DNA from: Octopus bimaculoides
Lineage: Eukaryota
Length of the DNA stretch: 50,421 nucleotides
Assembly: GCF_001194135.2 (NCBI RefSeq)
Contig: NC_068995.1
Coordinates: 36,177,311 to 36,227,731, forward strand
Direction of reading: 5' to 3'
Within the stretch, counting starts at the first letter, position 1. Each line of letters starts with the position of its first letter. Below, in pieces: positions 36,057 to 48,497 of the stretch. The notes below the pieces were generated by a model. The model was not told where the DNA came from. It saw only the letters and a program-made list of their open reading frames with translations, and did no database searches. Position numbers and translations under genes: made by a program.

Positions 36057-36078
36057 GTTATGGTAGCAACGCCATGTT
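36057..36078. promoter_or_regulatory. CLUAP1 promoter motifs: partial X-box and YY1-like site
   Basis: GTTATGGTAGCAAC at 36057-36070 has a good 3' half-site. AACATGGCG is on the minus strand at 36070-36078. Confidence 0.4.
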
Positions 36079-36499
36079 TACGTAATCAAGGGAGATAATC
36101 GGTAACTAGGAAGTTATCCTCCCTTGACACATGTATTGAGATAATACAAATAAGTCGTTCACCTCATAGCATTCAGCACATATATATCCATTCCCCTCTC
36201 TTCCTTCCTCCCCTATCTCTTTCTCCTCTCATCCTATCTCCTCCCTCTCCTTCTCTCTCTCTCCCACCTCTTTCACTTTCTCCTATCTCTATTTCGCAAT
36301 AAAATCAATGTAGTAATATACAGGCTTAACTCCACATATCTTTATTTCCATTGGGTGACTCTTTGTTCCCTGTATATCCACTACGCACTACGAGATTTTT
36401 GTAGGTACGAATCGAGCACTTAAACTATTTACGCGAAACAAAAACATCATCTTACTATGTTGTTTACAACACACACATATATACGTACGTTAGTTGTTG

Positions 36500-39480
36500 G
36501 TGGCTTCAGAATCAATGCTAGAAAGACTCAAAGAAACAAACCAGTCTAGAAAAGGAAGCTATAGAAGTTCAAAGACCGCAGCAAACTAGCAGAGGTCTAG
36601 TGATATTCTAATGGAAGCATTTGATGAATAGGAGGAATTGGGAACATACAGTTTCGATGACAACTGGAAGTTCATGCAGGACAACCAACTAAGGGCTACA
36701 GACCAAATCTGTGGCTGGTGCAAAGTCCCAAGCAGGTTGAGGGTGATGGAACAAAAAAGTAGACAGTGCTATAAAAGCAGAGAGATAGGCTTGGAAAGTC
36801 TAGAAAAATTATGGTAGCAGAGAATTATATCAAATAACAAGAGGGGAAGCTAGGCAAAAAGGTTACATGGCAGAGGGAGAAATAGAAAGTAGGAGATTTG
36901 CCAAAGTTCTACTGCATGTGGTGTTCTGGGTTGGTAGGCAATCTATCAAAGATAATAGAGATGCTGTGGATGAGAAATGTGTGTGAATGAATACTGGTAT
37001 GCTTGCACTTATTGATTTTGATAAGAAAGAGGCATGGAAATGCCACTATGAAAAGTTATTAAACTTGGAGAATGCATAGGAGAGGGAATGCCTCCTTAAT
37101 ATGGACCCACCTGAGGGCCAACCGTGAGAGTTGACAGCAGTATGATAAATAAAGCAATGAAGGATATGGAGACAAGGACAACCTCTGGACTATTGCAAAT
37201 CATCATTGAGAAGCTTACAATATCTGGTGGAATAGGATACAGCGTAGTAACCTGTATAGTTAATCAGTTAATCAGGTGATACAGGAAGGTGTCATATCCA
37301 ATGACTGGAATAGTAGCATTATAGTTAGTGGCTACAAGGGTAAAGGAGATGATTTAAAGAAACAATTACAGAGGTATCAAACTGTAGGACAGATCATAAA
37401 AGTTACAGAGAGAGTTACAGCATGATTAGGAACAGAATTAGATTAGATGAGATGCAGTTTGATTTTGTGCCAAGGAGGAATATCACAGATGCCATCTTCC
37501 TAGTTAAACAGCTAGAGGAGAAGTATTTGGCTAAATGTAAACTGTTGTACTTAGCATTCATTGGCAGGGGTTGGTGAACCAGCAATAAATTACCCCAAGT
37601 GGGGTAAAAATGAAATTCTTGTGGGTAATGAAGAGTCATTAGACATTAGTAAAATTATATAAGAAAAAACATGTTCCTTGTTATGACAAAAAAATTTTTT
37701 CTGGCATGAGGAGGCAGTCAAAAAAGTTGCTGCCTTTTGCAAAAACTTACCTTTGCAAACAAGGATTTTCCACTCTAATGAAACTAAAAACAAAGCAGAG
37801 TAATTTATTGAACCCTAAAGACTGTATCCAAATTGCTCTGGCATCAAAATACTCGAATTTTGATGTAATTGTAATAAAAATGAAACATGATTTCTCCAAA
37901 ACATCATCATCATCATTGTTTAATGTCTGCTTTCCATGCTAGCATGGGTTGGATGGTTCGACTAAGGTCTGGCAAGCCAGGAGGCTGCACCAGGCTCCAA
38001 TCTGATGTGGCAATGTTTCTACAGCTGGATGCCCTTCCTAATGCCGACCACTCTGAGAGTGTAGTAGGTGCTTTTTATGTGCTACTGGCATAGGAGCCTG
38101 ATGAGAAAAAGTTTCTAGAAAAATCCTTTTGTTTCATAATGAGGATATTAATTTATTTTATCACATTTGTTTTGTACTTTCTATATTTATAATTGTATTC
38201 TCCATATAAATAGATTCAATAACCCTTTTCAATTCAAAGAATCTATGATTTTCTTCCTTTCAAATGAAGGCGTAACATTGGTGTAAATAAATAAATTTTG
38301 GGGTAACTGGTTAAAAAGTTCCCTGACGCCTGGCCTAGAGAAAGCCTTTGGCAGAATCCTATGGTTTATTATCTGGTTGTCTGGCTTATTACAGCTATAC
38401 AAGTCATGCATGGGGGTGTTGTTAGTAAAGTGAGAATCAGCCATTAGTACAATGATAAATTTAGTGTACATGTACGATTTCCCCTGGGCTCAGTTCTCAG
38501 TCTCCTTTCATTCATCATCATAGTCCTCCAGGTTATAACAAAGAAATTTAAGACTGACTGCTCATGGAAATTGCTATATGCTCACTCTTATAGTGAAATC
38601 TATAGCAGAATTCAAAAAGAAATTCCAGGTATGGAAGCAAAACCTGGAATCAAAGGGTTTTAAAGTTAACTAAGTGAAGATCAAAGTTGTTTTTGCAAGA
38701 AAATAGATAATAATCTCTTTGTGTCAAATAAATAGCCCTGCACAATATGTAGGAAAGGTGTTGGAAGGAATTCAGTGCAAGCTATAAACCCTTAAGAAGT
38801 GCAATAAAATCACAGATTGATTAACAGAGAAAGTTGTCTTTGTATGTGGCAGATGCACAGGAATAATAGACACTAAGGACACATAGGAATTATATTTTCT
38901 TAAAAGCCCAGGAAGTTCCCTCTAGGTTGTAGACGGTTTATGTTACTTAAGTGATCAAATTAGTTGTGGAGGAGGATGTTCTAAATGTAGAGTTGTTGGT
39001 ACAAGAATAGGATGGAGAAAGTTCAGAGAGCTATAACTTCTGCTGGCAACAAAAGGCCTCTATCTCTCTCTCTCAGTGAAAAGCAAATTATATGATGCAT
39101 GTGTATGAATGGTTATGCTCTTTGGTTGTGAAACATGGGCCCTGAAAGCAGTGGACATACATAGACTAGAAAAGAATGAAGTTAGTATGCTCCAATAGAT
39201 ATGCAACATCAATGTAGAGAGAAAAGTTAGGTATGCAAGAGTAAAAGATGTAGGCTGCAAGAAAGAAGACTATGATGGTTTGGTCATTTGTATGAATGAG
39301 GACAACTCTATAAAGAAGTGCCAATCACTTAAAGTGGATGGAACTTGTGAAAAAGAGAAACTCAGGAAGATTGAGATGAGATAGTGAAGGCCAGTCTGAA
39401 GATTCTGAGCCCCATAGAAGAGATGGCAATGGGTCAAGATGTCTAATGACATGAGGTTCTTGAGAAGACCCACCCACCTC
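36500..39480 (+). mobile_element. Old, heavily mutated RTE LINE (RT and C-terminus) with nested insertions
   Basis: Fragmentary translations: AWKCHYEKLLNLEN, NDWNSSIIV..KGKGD..NYRGIKL, DEMQFDFVP...DAIFLVKQLEEKYLAK, GSVLS..FII..WKLLYA, YDACV..VMLFGCETWALK. It has many stops and frameshifts. Confidence 0.85.
37565..37880 (+). mobile_element. hAT (Charlie/Buster-like) transposon remnant nested in the RTE
   Basis: CAGGGGTTGGTGAACC end. LLPFAKTYLCKQGFSTLMKLKTKQSNLL resembles the hAT dimerisation motif LLPF.TTYLCE.GFS....K.K.RN.L. Confidence 0.75.
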
Positions 39481-39589
39481 AGTGAAATTGAATTTTGGAA
39501 GTGCTATGTATTATGAGGGAGTTCCTGCTTTTAAGGGTACCACAAAAGGCCTGGTTTGATGCCCAACTTTCCAAGTTCTTTTACGGGAT

Positions 39590-39930
39590 TTAGAAAAACT
39601 GAAGACCGCTGTAATAAGTGCACGAATCTGAAAGGGGAATATGTTGAATAAAATAATAATTATTCTTTTACTCAAAACCAGGAACTTTTCAGCACTCCCT
39701 TGTTTTTATACACACACACACATACACATACACAAGGGGTACTGGAAAGTTTCTAGTTTTAAGGGTATCACTAAAGACCTGTTTCTTTTTCAGGGCTTAG
39801 AAAAGCTGAAGGACCGCTGTAATAAGTGTGTAAATTTGAGAGGGGAAAATGTTGAATAAAATCATAATTAACTGATCCTCCTGTATTTTCTTTTAACACA
39901 AAGCCAGGAACTTTTCAGTACCTCTTCGTA
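39590..39930. mobile_element. Two adjacent mariner-type MITE copies
   Basis: Both end in CCAGGAACTTTTCAG; same family as 18422. Confidence 0.7.
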
Positions 39931-40258
39931 TATGCTCTCCATCCATACGTTACATATTACCCCCCACCAATGAACCAAACTACATCTCATGTGCTATGCT
40001 TGTTTCTTTCATTCAACTAAAAATTCTTAAAGGTGGGTGCCCCAGCATGGTCGCTGTCTAATTTCTGAAATAAGTAAAAGATTAAAAAATGCTGTGAGTT
40101 CTATTTTTCTATTTTTGTAAGCATTAAATTTTAATTGGATATGTATTTTTTAGATGATAAGTTTTATGTCATTTGTTTTATCTGATATCAAATATTAATT
40201 TGCAAAACAATGGTATTTATTTCATATATTATTATTCTAAAGCAAATTGGCAAGTAAA

Positions 40259-40266
40259 CCGGAAGT
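40259..40266 (+). promoter_or_regulatory. ETS-type motif at the UBL7 start
   Basis: CCGGAAGT lies 22 nt before the ATG, and the ATG sits inside a YY1-like AACATGGCG. Confidence 0.4.
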
Positions 40267-40287
40267 TGAATTCATATTATTAACAAC

Positions 40288-43200
40288 ATGGCGACCATCA
40301 ACGTGCGGTGTTTATTTGATCAAAATCGTTTTCAGTTAGAGTCTATAGATCTTAATTCTATGGTCAATGAATTTATAAACCGAATTTCGGAAAATGTTAC
40401 TCTATCAGACAAAGAAATTGGTAAGATTTTTTTTGCTTTGGTTATGTAGATATATTGAACTGATTTTTGTAAATAAAAGATTTTGTTTTCTTTTTTGCTT
40501 GTTTGTGTTTAACGAAATTGTGTTTTAAGTGGTCCAACTTTTGAAATTGAATATCCATGAATTCACGCAGTTTAGAAACTAAAACTGAGTTAATTATATT
40601 TTAACTATCTTAATAATTAATGCATTTTTGACTCTATTTAGTTCAGCCTCTTATATACGAATCTAACGAAAGTATTTATTTAAAAATTCTCTCTGAGCTA
40701 AGGATTTATTAATCAATAGAAATATACTTAACATTTTTTTTTAATTATCCAAAATTAACATAAATCATATATTTCGATATAAGAAGCTGTAAATATGAGA
40801 TGGTTACGAAAATATATCCCAAGCATTTATACGTGTACACTTAATTCGTTGAACTTGGATAGGTTTCATGTAAAAAATTTGTTTGTGTCAATTAAGATAT
40901 TTGTAAGCAATTTATACAAAAGTTTCTTGCTGTTGGCATTCATATAACATTTATATCTATAGAAATAGCTGTTTTACCATTAGCCCAAAAGCATCTCCAA
41001 AAAACAGACCTTGGGCTATAATTCCAGTTAATTCTCAGCGAGGTTTATATGTGTGTGTAACTGTAAAATTATATTTTTAATGAGATTTTTGAAACAGAAA
41101 ACATCATCTTGGCAACCAAATATGTATAGCATAATAACTGTTTTATTGCATTTTGTTGATATCGTATTAGCTTCGTAGACTGTTGGAAAATAAATAATAA
41201 AGTAGAAGGCATCCCTTAAGAATAGAGTCGGAAATTATCTGTTCTGAAACAACTGTAACTTCTTCGGGTCTATACGTTTTGTGTATCATATATGACAAAT
41301 GTGCGCAAAAGAAATGAGTTTTTACTTTTTTCGACAGTTTTTGTGGATTTATGGTATAATTTTGTAGAATCATTAAGACAAAACAATGCCATGCTTTTGA
41401 TCATTGGTCTGTGTGGTCAGAGCTGATCTGTAATTAAATAATTTGGGAACCTCTATACTTGAGACATGAAATTATAGCTCACAGGTCTGATCCATTTATA
41501 AAAACAATATTTTTCCCAACTACATGGTTCCAGGTTCAGTCCCACTGTGTAGCAAGTGTCCTCTACTGTAGCCCTCACCTGACAAAATTTTTGTAAGTAG
41601 ATTTGGTTGATGGAAACTGAAAGAAACCTGTTGTGTATATATATGTGTGTGTGTGTGCATGTGCATCTTTTGTGTTTGCTCCGCACACACCACTGCTTGA
41701 CAACTGGTGTTGGTTTGTTTACGTCCTTATAATTCAGCAGTTTGGCAAAAAGAGACCAACAAAATAAGTACCAAGCTGAGAAAAAAGTAGAAGTACTGGA
41801 ATCGATTTGTTCGATTAAACTCATCAAGGTAGTGCCTGACATTCAGGACAACTTTATTAAAAGACAACACAAGAATTTCAACCTGAAGAAAGTTAGTTGT
41901 GACAGTGTTGCAGATTTTTGGAGCAAGCCTTTAATTGTTGATGTGAAACAGTCATATATGACAGATTTGTTTGTTGGCTATATACTAATTAAAAGCAAAG
42001 TTGTTTTGAATTCAGAAAATGTGATCTCATTTGTTACCTACAGCTAAGTTGAATATCTCTGAAGAACAAATAATAATAGAGTTTTAGTATATATGCGTTA
42101 CATTATTTAATTTTCTCCTTCTAGGCCCCAAGTTCAACAATCATTTTTGTATGGTGGGGCACAGGTTCACCTTTTGCTTTTCATCCTTCTTAAGTCAAGG
42201 AAGTACCTTAGAATACTATACAAAATCTATTGTTTCCCTACAAAAATCAATGTTTTGCTTTAGAAAGACAAATTATGCATTCATTTTTTTTTCTTACCAA
42301 CAGAATTGGTTTATTGTGGTAATTGTTTACAAAGAACAAAGACTTTAGAATCATATGGTGTGAAGAATGGTTCTATGGTTTATGCTGTGAAGAAAAATGT
42401 GAAAGAACCCGTAGACTCTGGTAAGTATAAGACATTTTTTTTTTAATTGTTTCAGAGAAAAAATATCTGTACATCACAATAAAACAGCAGTCAGGAAGAA
42501 ACAATAAAGCAGACACTAAGAAAACAATCATATATATTTCATAGATTTTGATTACACTCTTTCTCATGTCTGCTTCGCCATGGACTGTTCTATGTAAAAA
42601 TGTGTCCATTTTTCTTTGACAAATATATATCTATTTGCTGCAATTATGAGTCATATCCTTGATGGCTCCTACTACTGTCAGATGTTCACTCCAACAATTA
42701 TGCTTAATAACTACAGGTCTCTAATGGTTTGACAACAAATGTGGATTGCATAATTTAGTATTACATTCCCAATAATTACTATATGTTAATGGAACATACA
42801 TAAGATGGTGTAATTAAAAAAATCTTATAAACAATTGCATCATATCAGTATTTTATATACATTATTTAGCAGAGTTGTTACAGTGTCAGAGAAAATACTT
42901 TGCAATATTTATTCTGATGGCAAGCTGGCAGAATCATTAGCATACCAGGCAAAGCGCTTGGCAGCATTTCCTCTGTTTTCACATTCTGAGTTCAAATTCC
43001 ACCATGGTTGGCTTTGCCTTTCGTCCTTTTGGGAGTTGATGAAATACGTACCAGTTGGACACCAGTGTCAATGTAATTGACTTACTGCCACCCCCAAAAT
43101 TGTTGGTCTTGTTCCAGAATTTGGCTCTGAACTTTCTGAGTTCAAATCCTGCTAAAACAATTTTACTTTTCATTCTTTCATGGTTGATGGAAATAAAGTA

Positions 43201-44840
43201 CAGGTTATGTACTTTGGCTGATTGTATAGACTAACACTTCTTCCTCAAATTTCAGGTTTTGTGCCTCCAGTAGAAAGGACTATTATTATGAGTTATTTGT
43301 CTTTCAATTTTGTTTTTTATTTCTTGCTGTGTGTCTTCCTGACACCTAGGACAAAGAAACACACTGTATACATTGATAGGCCATTAAAATAAACACCAGA
43401 CTGTTCATTTACAAAATCAAATAAGGTTATGTAGTAACCATTCTTACAGTGACAGTGCTCTTCTCAATATGTGTGACATACCAGTTAAAACAATCTTTTG
43501 CACTTTTTGTATGGATGGTAAGCCAGGGATCATTCTCAAATAATTTTCAGTTCCTTTTTTTAATGTTCCAAGTGCTCCTACAAACACTGGTATTGGAACT
43601 ACCTTGAAATACCACATTTTTTTAAAATGTAAATGAGTAGATCTGTATAGTTTCTGAGCTTGTCAAATTCTTTTGCTGAGATATTATGATCACAAGGAAT
43701 ACTCATGTTGATCAATAAACAGACTTTATTGTTTTGGTCTTTCACAACAATGTCTGGTTTATTATTATTATTATTAGTTTTATTATCAGTATGGTAAACT
43801 ATGTATTTATATTTATATTTTTATTTGTTACTTTCAGGAAAACCAAATGAAACAGAAATTGCCAAAGTGTTAACTGCTTTCAGAATGGCAATTTTTAATC
43901 CTTCTTACAGGACAACAGTAAGTGATTTAATTTTGAAAATGTTTTTGTAAGCATTATGTATATTGATAAAAAAACCTGGTTTCTCCTCTTTACTATAAAG
44001 CTTACCCACACAAAGCAACCTCGAAACAACAGCTATACATTTCTTGGGTGCAGGCATGGCAGTGTGGTTTAGAAGTTTGCTTCTCAACCACATGGTTTCA
44101 GGTTCAGTCCCACTGCATGGCACCTTGGACATGTGTCTTCTATAATAGCTCCTAGCTGACCAATGCCTTGTGAGTGAATTTGGTCAACAGAAATTGCATG
44201 GAAGCTCATCATATGTATGTATGTGCCTGCATTTGTGTTTGTAGTTGCCTCACCACTTGACAACCAGTGTTGGTTTGTTTACATCCCCATAGCTTAGCAA
44301 TTTGACAAAAAAGTGACTGAATAAGTACCAGACTTAAAAATAAGAACTCAGGTTAATTTACTCAACTAAAAACAATCCCTTCAAGAAGTGCACTAGTATG
44401 GCCATAATCAAAAGACAGACTTTCGCACAGTTTTCTTCTGTCAAACTGTACTCACAGGGTACAATTGTACTCGAAGATTTGTAGAAGATGCTTGACCTGG
44501 TTATTGAGCAATTGAATCAAAATTGGAATTGCATTGTTAAAAAATAAATTTTTAACCACATAGCTAGAACCTTCTTTCCTAAAAGTGTCAAAAAATGTTT
44601 AATGATAATAAAGATAATGAATCTTTCTACTATGGCCATAAGGCCTGAAATTTTAGCTAGTCAATTACATCAACCCTAGTTCTCAACTGGTACTTATCTT
44701 ATTGACTCCAAAAGGATGAAAGGCAAAGTCAAATTCGGTGGAATTTGAGATCAATCTGTAAAGCCAGAAGAAATGCTGTTTAGCATTGTGTCTGACATGC
44801 TTATGATACTGCCAGCTTACGACCTTTAATAATAATAATA

Positions 44841-44906
<66 letters not shown>

Positions 44907-47900
44907 GTTTAACGTCCGCTTTCCATGCTAGCATGGGTTGGACGATTTGACTGAGGACTGGTGAAACCGGATGGCAACACCAGGCTCCAGTCTGATTTGG
45001 CAGAGTTTCTACAGCTGGATGCCCTTCCTAACGCCAACCACTCAGAGAGTGTAGTGGGTGCTTTTACGTGTCNNNNNNNNNNNNNNNNNNNNNNNNNNNN
45101 NNNNNNNNNNNNNNNNNNNNNNNNNNNNNNNNNNNNNNNNNNNNNNNNNNNNNNNNNNNNNNNNNNNNNNNNNNNNNNNNNNNNNNNNNNNNNNNNNNNN
45201 NNNNNNNNNNNNNNNNNNNNNNNNNNNNNNNNNNNNNNNNNNNNNNNNNNNNNNNNNNNNNNNNNNNNNNNNNNNNNNNNNNNNNNNNNNNNNNNNNNNN
45301 NNNNNNNNNNNNNNNNNNNGTCCAGGGGCACTGGCAACGATCTTACTTGGCTTGCCGGGTCTTCTCACGCACAGCACATTTCCAAAGGTCTCGGTCAGTA
45401 GTCATCGCCTCGGTGAGGCCCAATGTACGAAGGTCTTGCCTCACCACCTCAGCCCAGGTCTTCCTGGGCCTACCTCTTCCACGGGTTCCCTCAACTGTTA
45501 GGGTGTGGCACTTTTTCACGCAGCTATCCTCCTCCATTCTCACCACATGTCCATACCAGCGCAATCGTCTCTCTTGCACGCCACAACTGATGCTTCTAAT
45601 GTTCAGCTTTTCTCTCAAGATACTTACACTCTGACGGGTATTCACATTGACATTACACATCCAACGGAGCATACTGGCTTCATAATAATACTGAACTTAT
45701 TAGTTGAGTACCTTGTAAATGTAATATAATAATTTTTAACGTCCTGATGGCACAAGGAAGAAAAGAAACAACACAATGTAATCATGTTTGACATAAAATA
45801 TCATTTACATGTATTCAAATAATAGGGTTTCAAGAAAATTCCCTTGAAATTATGTTGTAATTTGTAAATCTGGATTAATTTACAGGTTGAAAATATGTTG
45901 ATGGACTCTGATGCTGTGGAAAACCTTATCCTCACTACACCTGGTCTTGCTAATGATACGACAGTTTTAAGTAAGTTATTCTACTTATCTTAAGTCTTTT
46001 TATCTCTCACAAATAAACATTGTCATATCGTCATATGTCTACTATGGCTATAGAGGTTGCACTGGTTGTTACAGTTTGAATCAGTTGTTATTTTCAGTTA
46101 TTTTCCTCCTAAATGAACCTGAAACCACATTCCATTTGGATCATGGTTTCTGTATCTAAATGCCCTTCTAACTAATTACTTCACTGAGTCTCACTAAGTG
46201 CATTTATTGCAGCATTGGAATCAAATAGGTTGTCTTGTCTCTGTTGAGACTAAAGAGTTTTCCCTACCTTTCATTGTTACCATTTCTTCATTCATTAACA
46301 CTAACAAGGTTCTCTTGTCCTCAACTAAATACAGACTAAATGATCCTTTCTTTTTTGTGTTGTCTCTGATTATTCATTCCTTTCTTTCCCACACAACTGG
46401 CTGAGTGAAATAGGAAGTGATAGAAGAGAGCTAGGAGTGAAAGAGAGAAAGTTATAGAAGACAACCAGAATGGGAGAGTGATAGAAGAGAGTACATAAAG
46501 GTGGGCCAGGTTGGTTAGGTGTGAAAGTGTGATAGAAGAGTGTGAGGGGCAGTGTCATTAAAAAAAAAAAATTGCATAAAAACACCATGACTGTGAAGTA
46601 GCTTCTTTGGGATTATTGAAAGAGTGAATAGAAATAACATGGCTAATGGGAGTGATAATAGAGTTGTGGCAGAGGATCAGTGTCAATGATATGGTGATAG
46701 AAGAGAGTAATGGAGGAGAGGCAATGATGGTAAGTTACATGATGGTTGAGTAATGGAGGAGAGCAAGAGAGATGCTTGCTAGTAATGAGAGATAGAGGTG
46801 GGAACAGAGAAGAGGAGAATGTGTGAGGAAATTATAGATTTTTTTTTTTGTGGGGTGGAGCGATGATTAATAAAATAAAGTGCCAGTCCAGAATGTGGAT
46901 TAGCAGAATTGTTAAGGTATCAGTCTTGATTTTTTTTTTTTTTTTCTGGTTCTTTGTGTTCTAAATTCTGGGTGATAGACTTAATCTGTTGCTTGGTATA
47001 AGCATTCAAGCATCATTACTATTTTTTCCAAATTCTGCTGCATTTTATATTGAATTTTAGTCTGCCAAAGTCATCTTGATCTATAAGTCAACCNNNNNNN
47101 NNNNNNNNNNNNNNNNNNNNNNNNNNNNNNNNNNNNNNNNNNNNNNNNNNNNNNNNNNNNNNNNNNNNNNNNNNNNNNNNNNNNNNNNNNNNNNNNNNNN
47201 NNNNNNNNNNNNNNNNNNNNNNNNNNNNNNNNNNNNNNNNNNNNNNNNNNNNNNNNNNNNNNNNNNNNNNNNNNNNNNNNNNNNNNNNNNNNNNNNNNNN
47301 NNNNNNNNNNNNNNNNNNNNNNNNNNNNNNNNNNTACTTATTCTATCAGTCTCTTTTTGCCGAACCGCTAAGTTACGGGGACCTAAACACACCAGCATCG
47401 GTTGTCAAGCGATGTTGGGGGGACAAACACTGATACACAACATATACACACATACATATATATATATACATATATACGACGGGCTTCTTTCAGTTTCCAT
47501 CTACCAAATCCACTCACAAGTCTTTGGTCGGCCCAAGGCTATAGTAGAAGACACTTGCCCAAGGTGCCACGCAGTGGGACTGAACCCGGAACCATGTGGT
47601 TGTTGAGCAAGCTACTTACCACACAGCCACATGCAAATTTTTTGAGGACTTGTGAGATTTTTTTGGGTTTTTTAGGCAATTCCATTTTCCCTGTCCTGAT
47701 CAATCTAATATTTGTGCCTTATGGCATTCACTACCAGCATATTTATTTGCTTTCCCATACCGTAGTGGAATACTTTGGATTTATTTGGACAGGTTCACAA
47801 AACAACTTTGCCTGTCATTTAATTAAAATTTTTATCACCATTACACAACAAATGGATAATTGAATAACCTCTTTTCTTTCACCTTGTCTTTTAGTAATGT

Positions 47901-47952
47901 TCCAGGATTTGAAACTCTTACTCCAGCTGCATAAAACAAAGCAAATTCGACA
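40288..47952 (+). CDS. UBL7: Ubiquitin-like protein 7 (UBL7/BMSC-UbP), first 5 coding exons, 3'-incomplete
   Basis: join(40288..40420,42304..42420,43838..43917,45886..45970,47895..47952), GT-AG and phase-compatible. The Ubl domain reads ..EIELVYCGNCLQRTKTLESYGVKNGSMVYAVKK, then ..FRMAIFNPSYRTTVENMLMDSDAVENLILTTPGLANDTTVLIMFQD. This matches my recollection of vertebrate UBL7 (LIYCGRKL...IIVATPGLSSDPIALGVLQD). The UBA-coding exons were not found in the window. Confidence 0.85.
41490..41830 (+). mobile_element. CORE-type SINE (diverged)
   Basis: Head, core and tail recognisable. Confidence 0.75.
42925..43290 (+). mobile_element. Third SINE family (central GCCTTTC.TCCTTT.GGG..GAT.AAAT..GTACCAG domain), two tandem copies
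   Basis: B-box-like GAGTTCAAATTCC followed by the conserved central domain. Related copies lie near 25980-26130, 44650-44830, 46930-47090 and 49530-49720. Confidence 0.65.
44050..44410 (+). mobile_element. CORE-type SINE
   Basis: Head, core and tail recognisable. Confidence 0.8.
44828..44905. repeat. Compound (AAT)n(CAT)n microsatellite
   Basis: About 17 AAT units, then about 9 CAT units; the CAT units are the RTE tail. Confidence 0.9.
44877..45684 (-). mobile_element. RTE LINE 3' end, 5'-truncated, young
   Basis: ORF 45343-45672 reads MLRWMCNV...[29 protein letters not shown]. Its 3'UTR is nearly identical to the 33296 copy. Confidence 0.92.
47335..47630 (-). mobile_element. CORE-type SINE (tail in N-gap)
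   Basis: Young copy, very similar to 16520 and 27075. Confidence 0.88.
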
Positions 47953-48497
47953 GTAAGCAAATTTTGATATTATTTCTGTTATTAAATTCTGAAATCATTA
48001 TCATCATCATTTAATGTCTGTTGTCCATGCTGGAATGGGTTGGATGGTTTGACCAGAGCTGGCAAGCTGAGGAGCTGCACCAGACTCCAGTCTGATTTGG
48101 CATAGTTTCTATGGCTGGATACCTTTCCTAATGCTGACCACTTTACAGAGTGTACGGGGTGCTTTTACGTGGCACCACACAGACACTTTTACATGGTATT
48201 GCACAAGCGCTTTTATATGGACTGCCACAAGGGCTTTACACCACCAGCAGGATCAATCTTAACACTTCTGCTGTGGGGTATGGGTCCTCTTGAGTACGGC
48301 CAAGCTCTGGGTACTTTGGTGCTTTGTCATCTCACCTGAAAGGTTCATAACTAATTTAATAGGTGTTAATAGCATGATAGTTAATTTCTTTTTTGCAATT
48401 ATATGGAATCCAAGTGGCCATTACTCAAGTCTGGCTCCTGAAGTAATAAACCTACAAAGATAAATCTTTTTCAGGACAAGTGGGTCATACTTTAGCT

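Noticed and set aside
38098-38121. CTGATGA...GAAA hammerhead-like spacing
   Set aside because: Stem II does not close next to GAAA, and no stem I or III or NUH site could be built.
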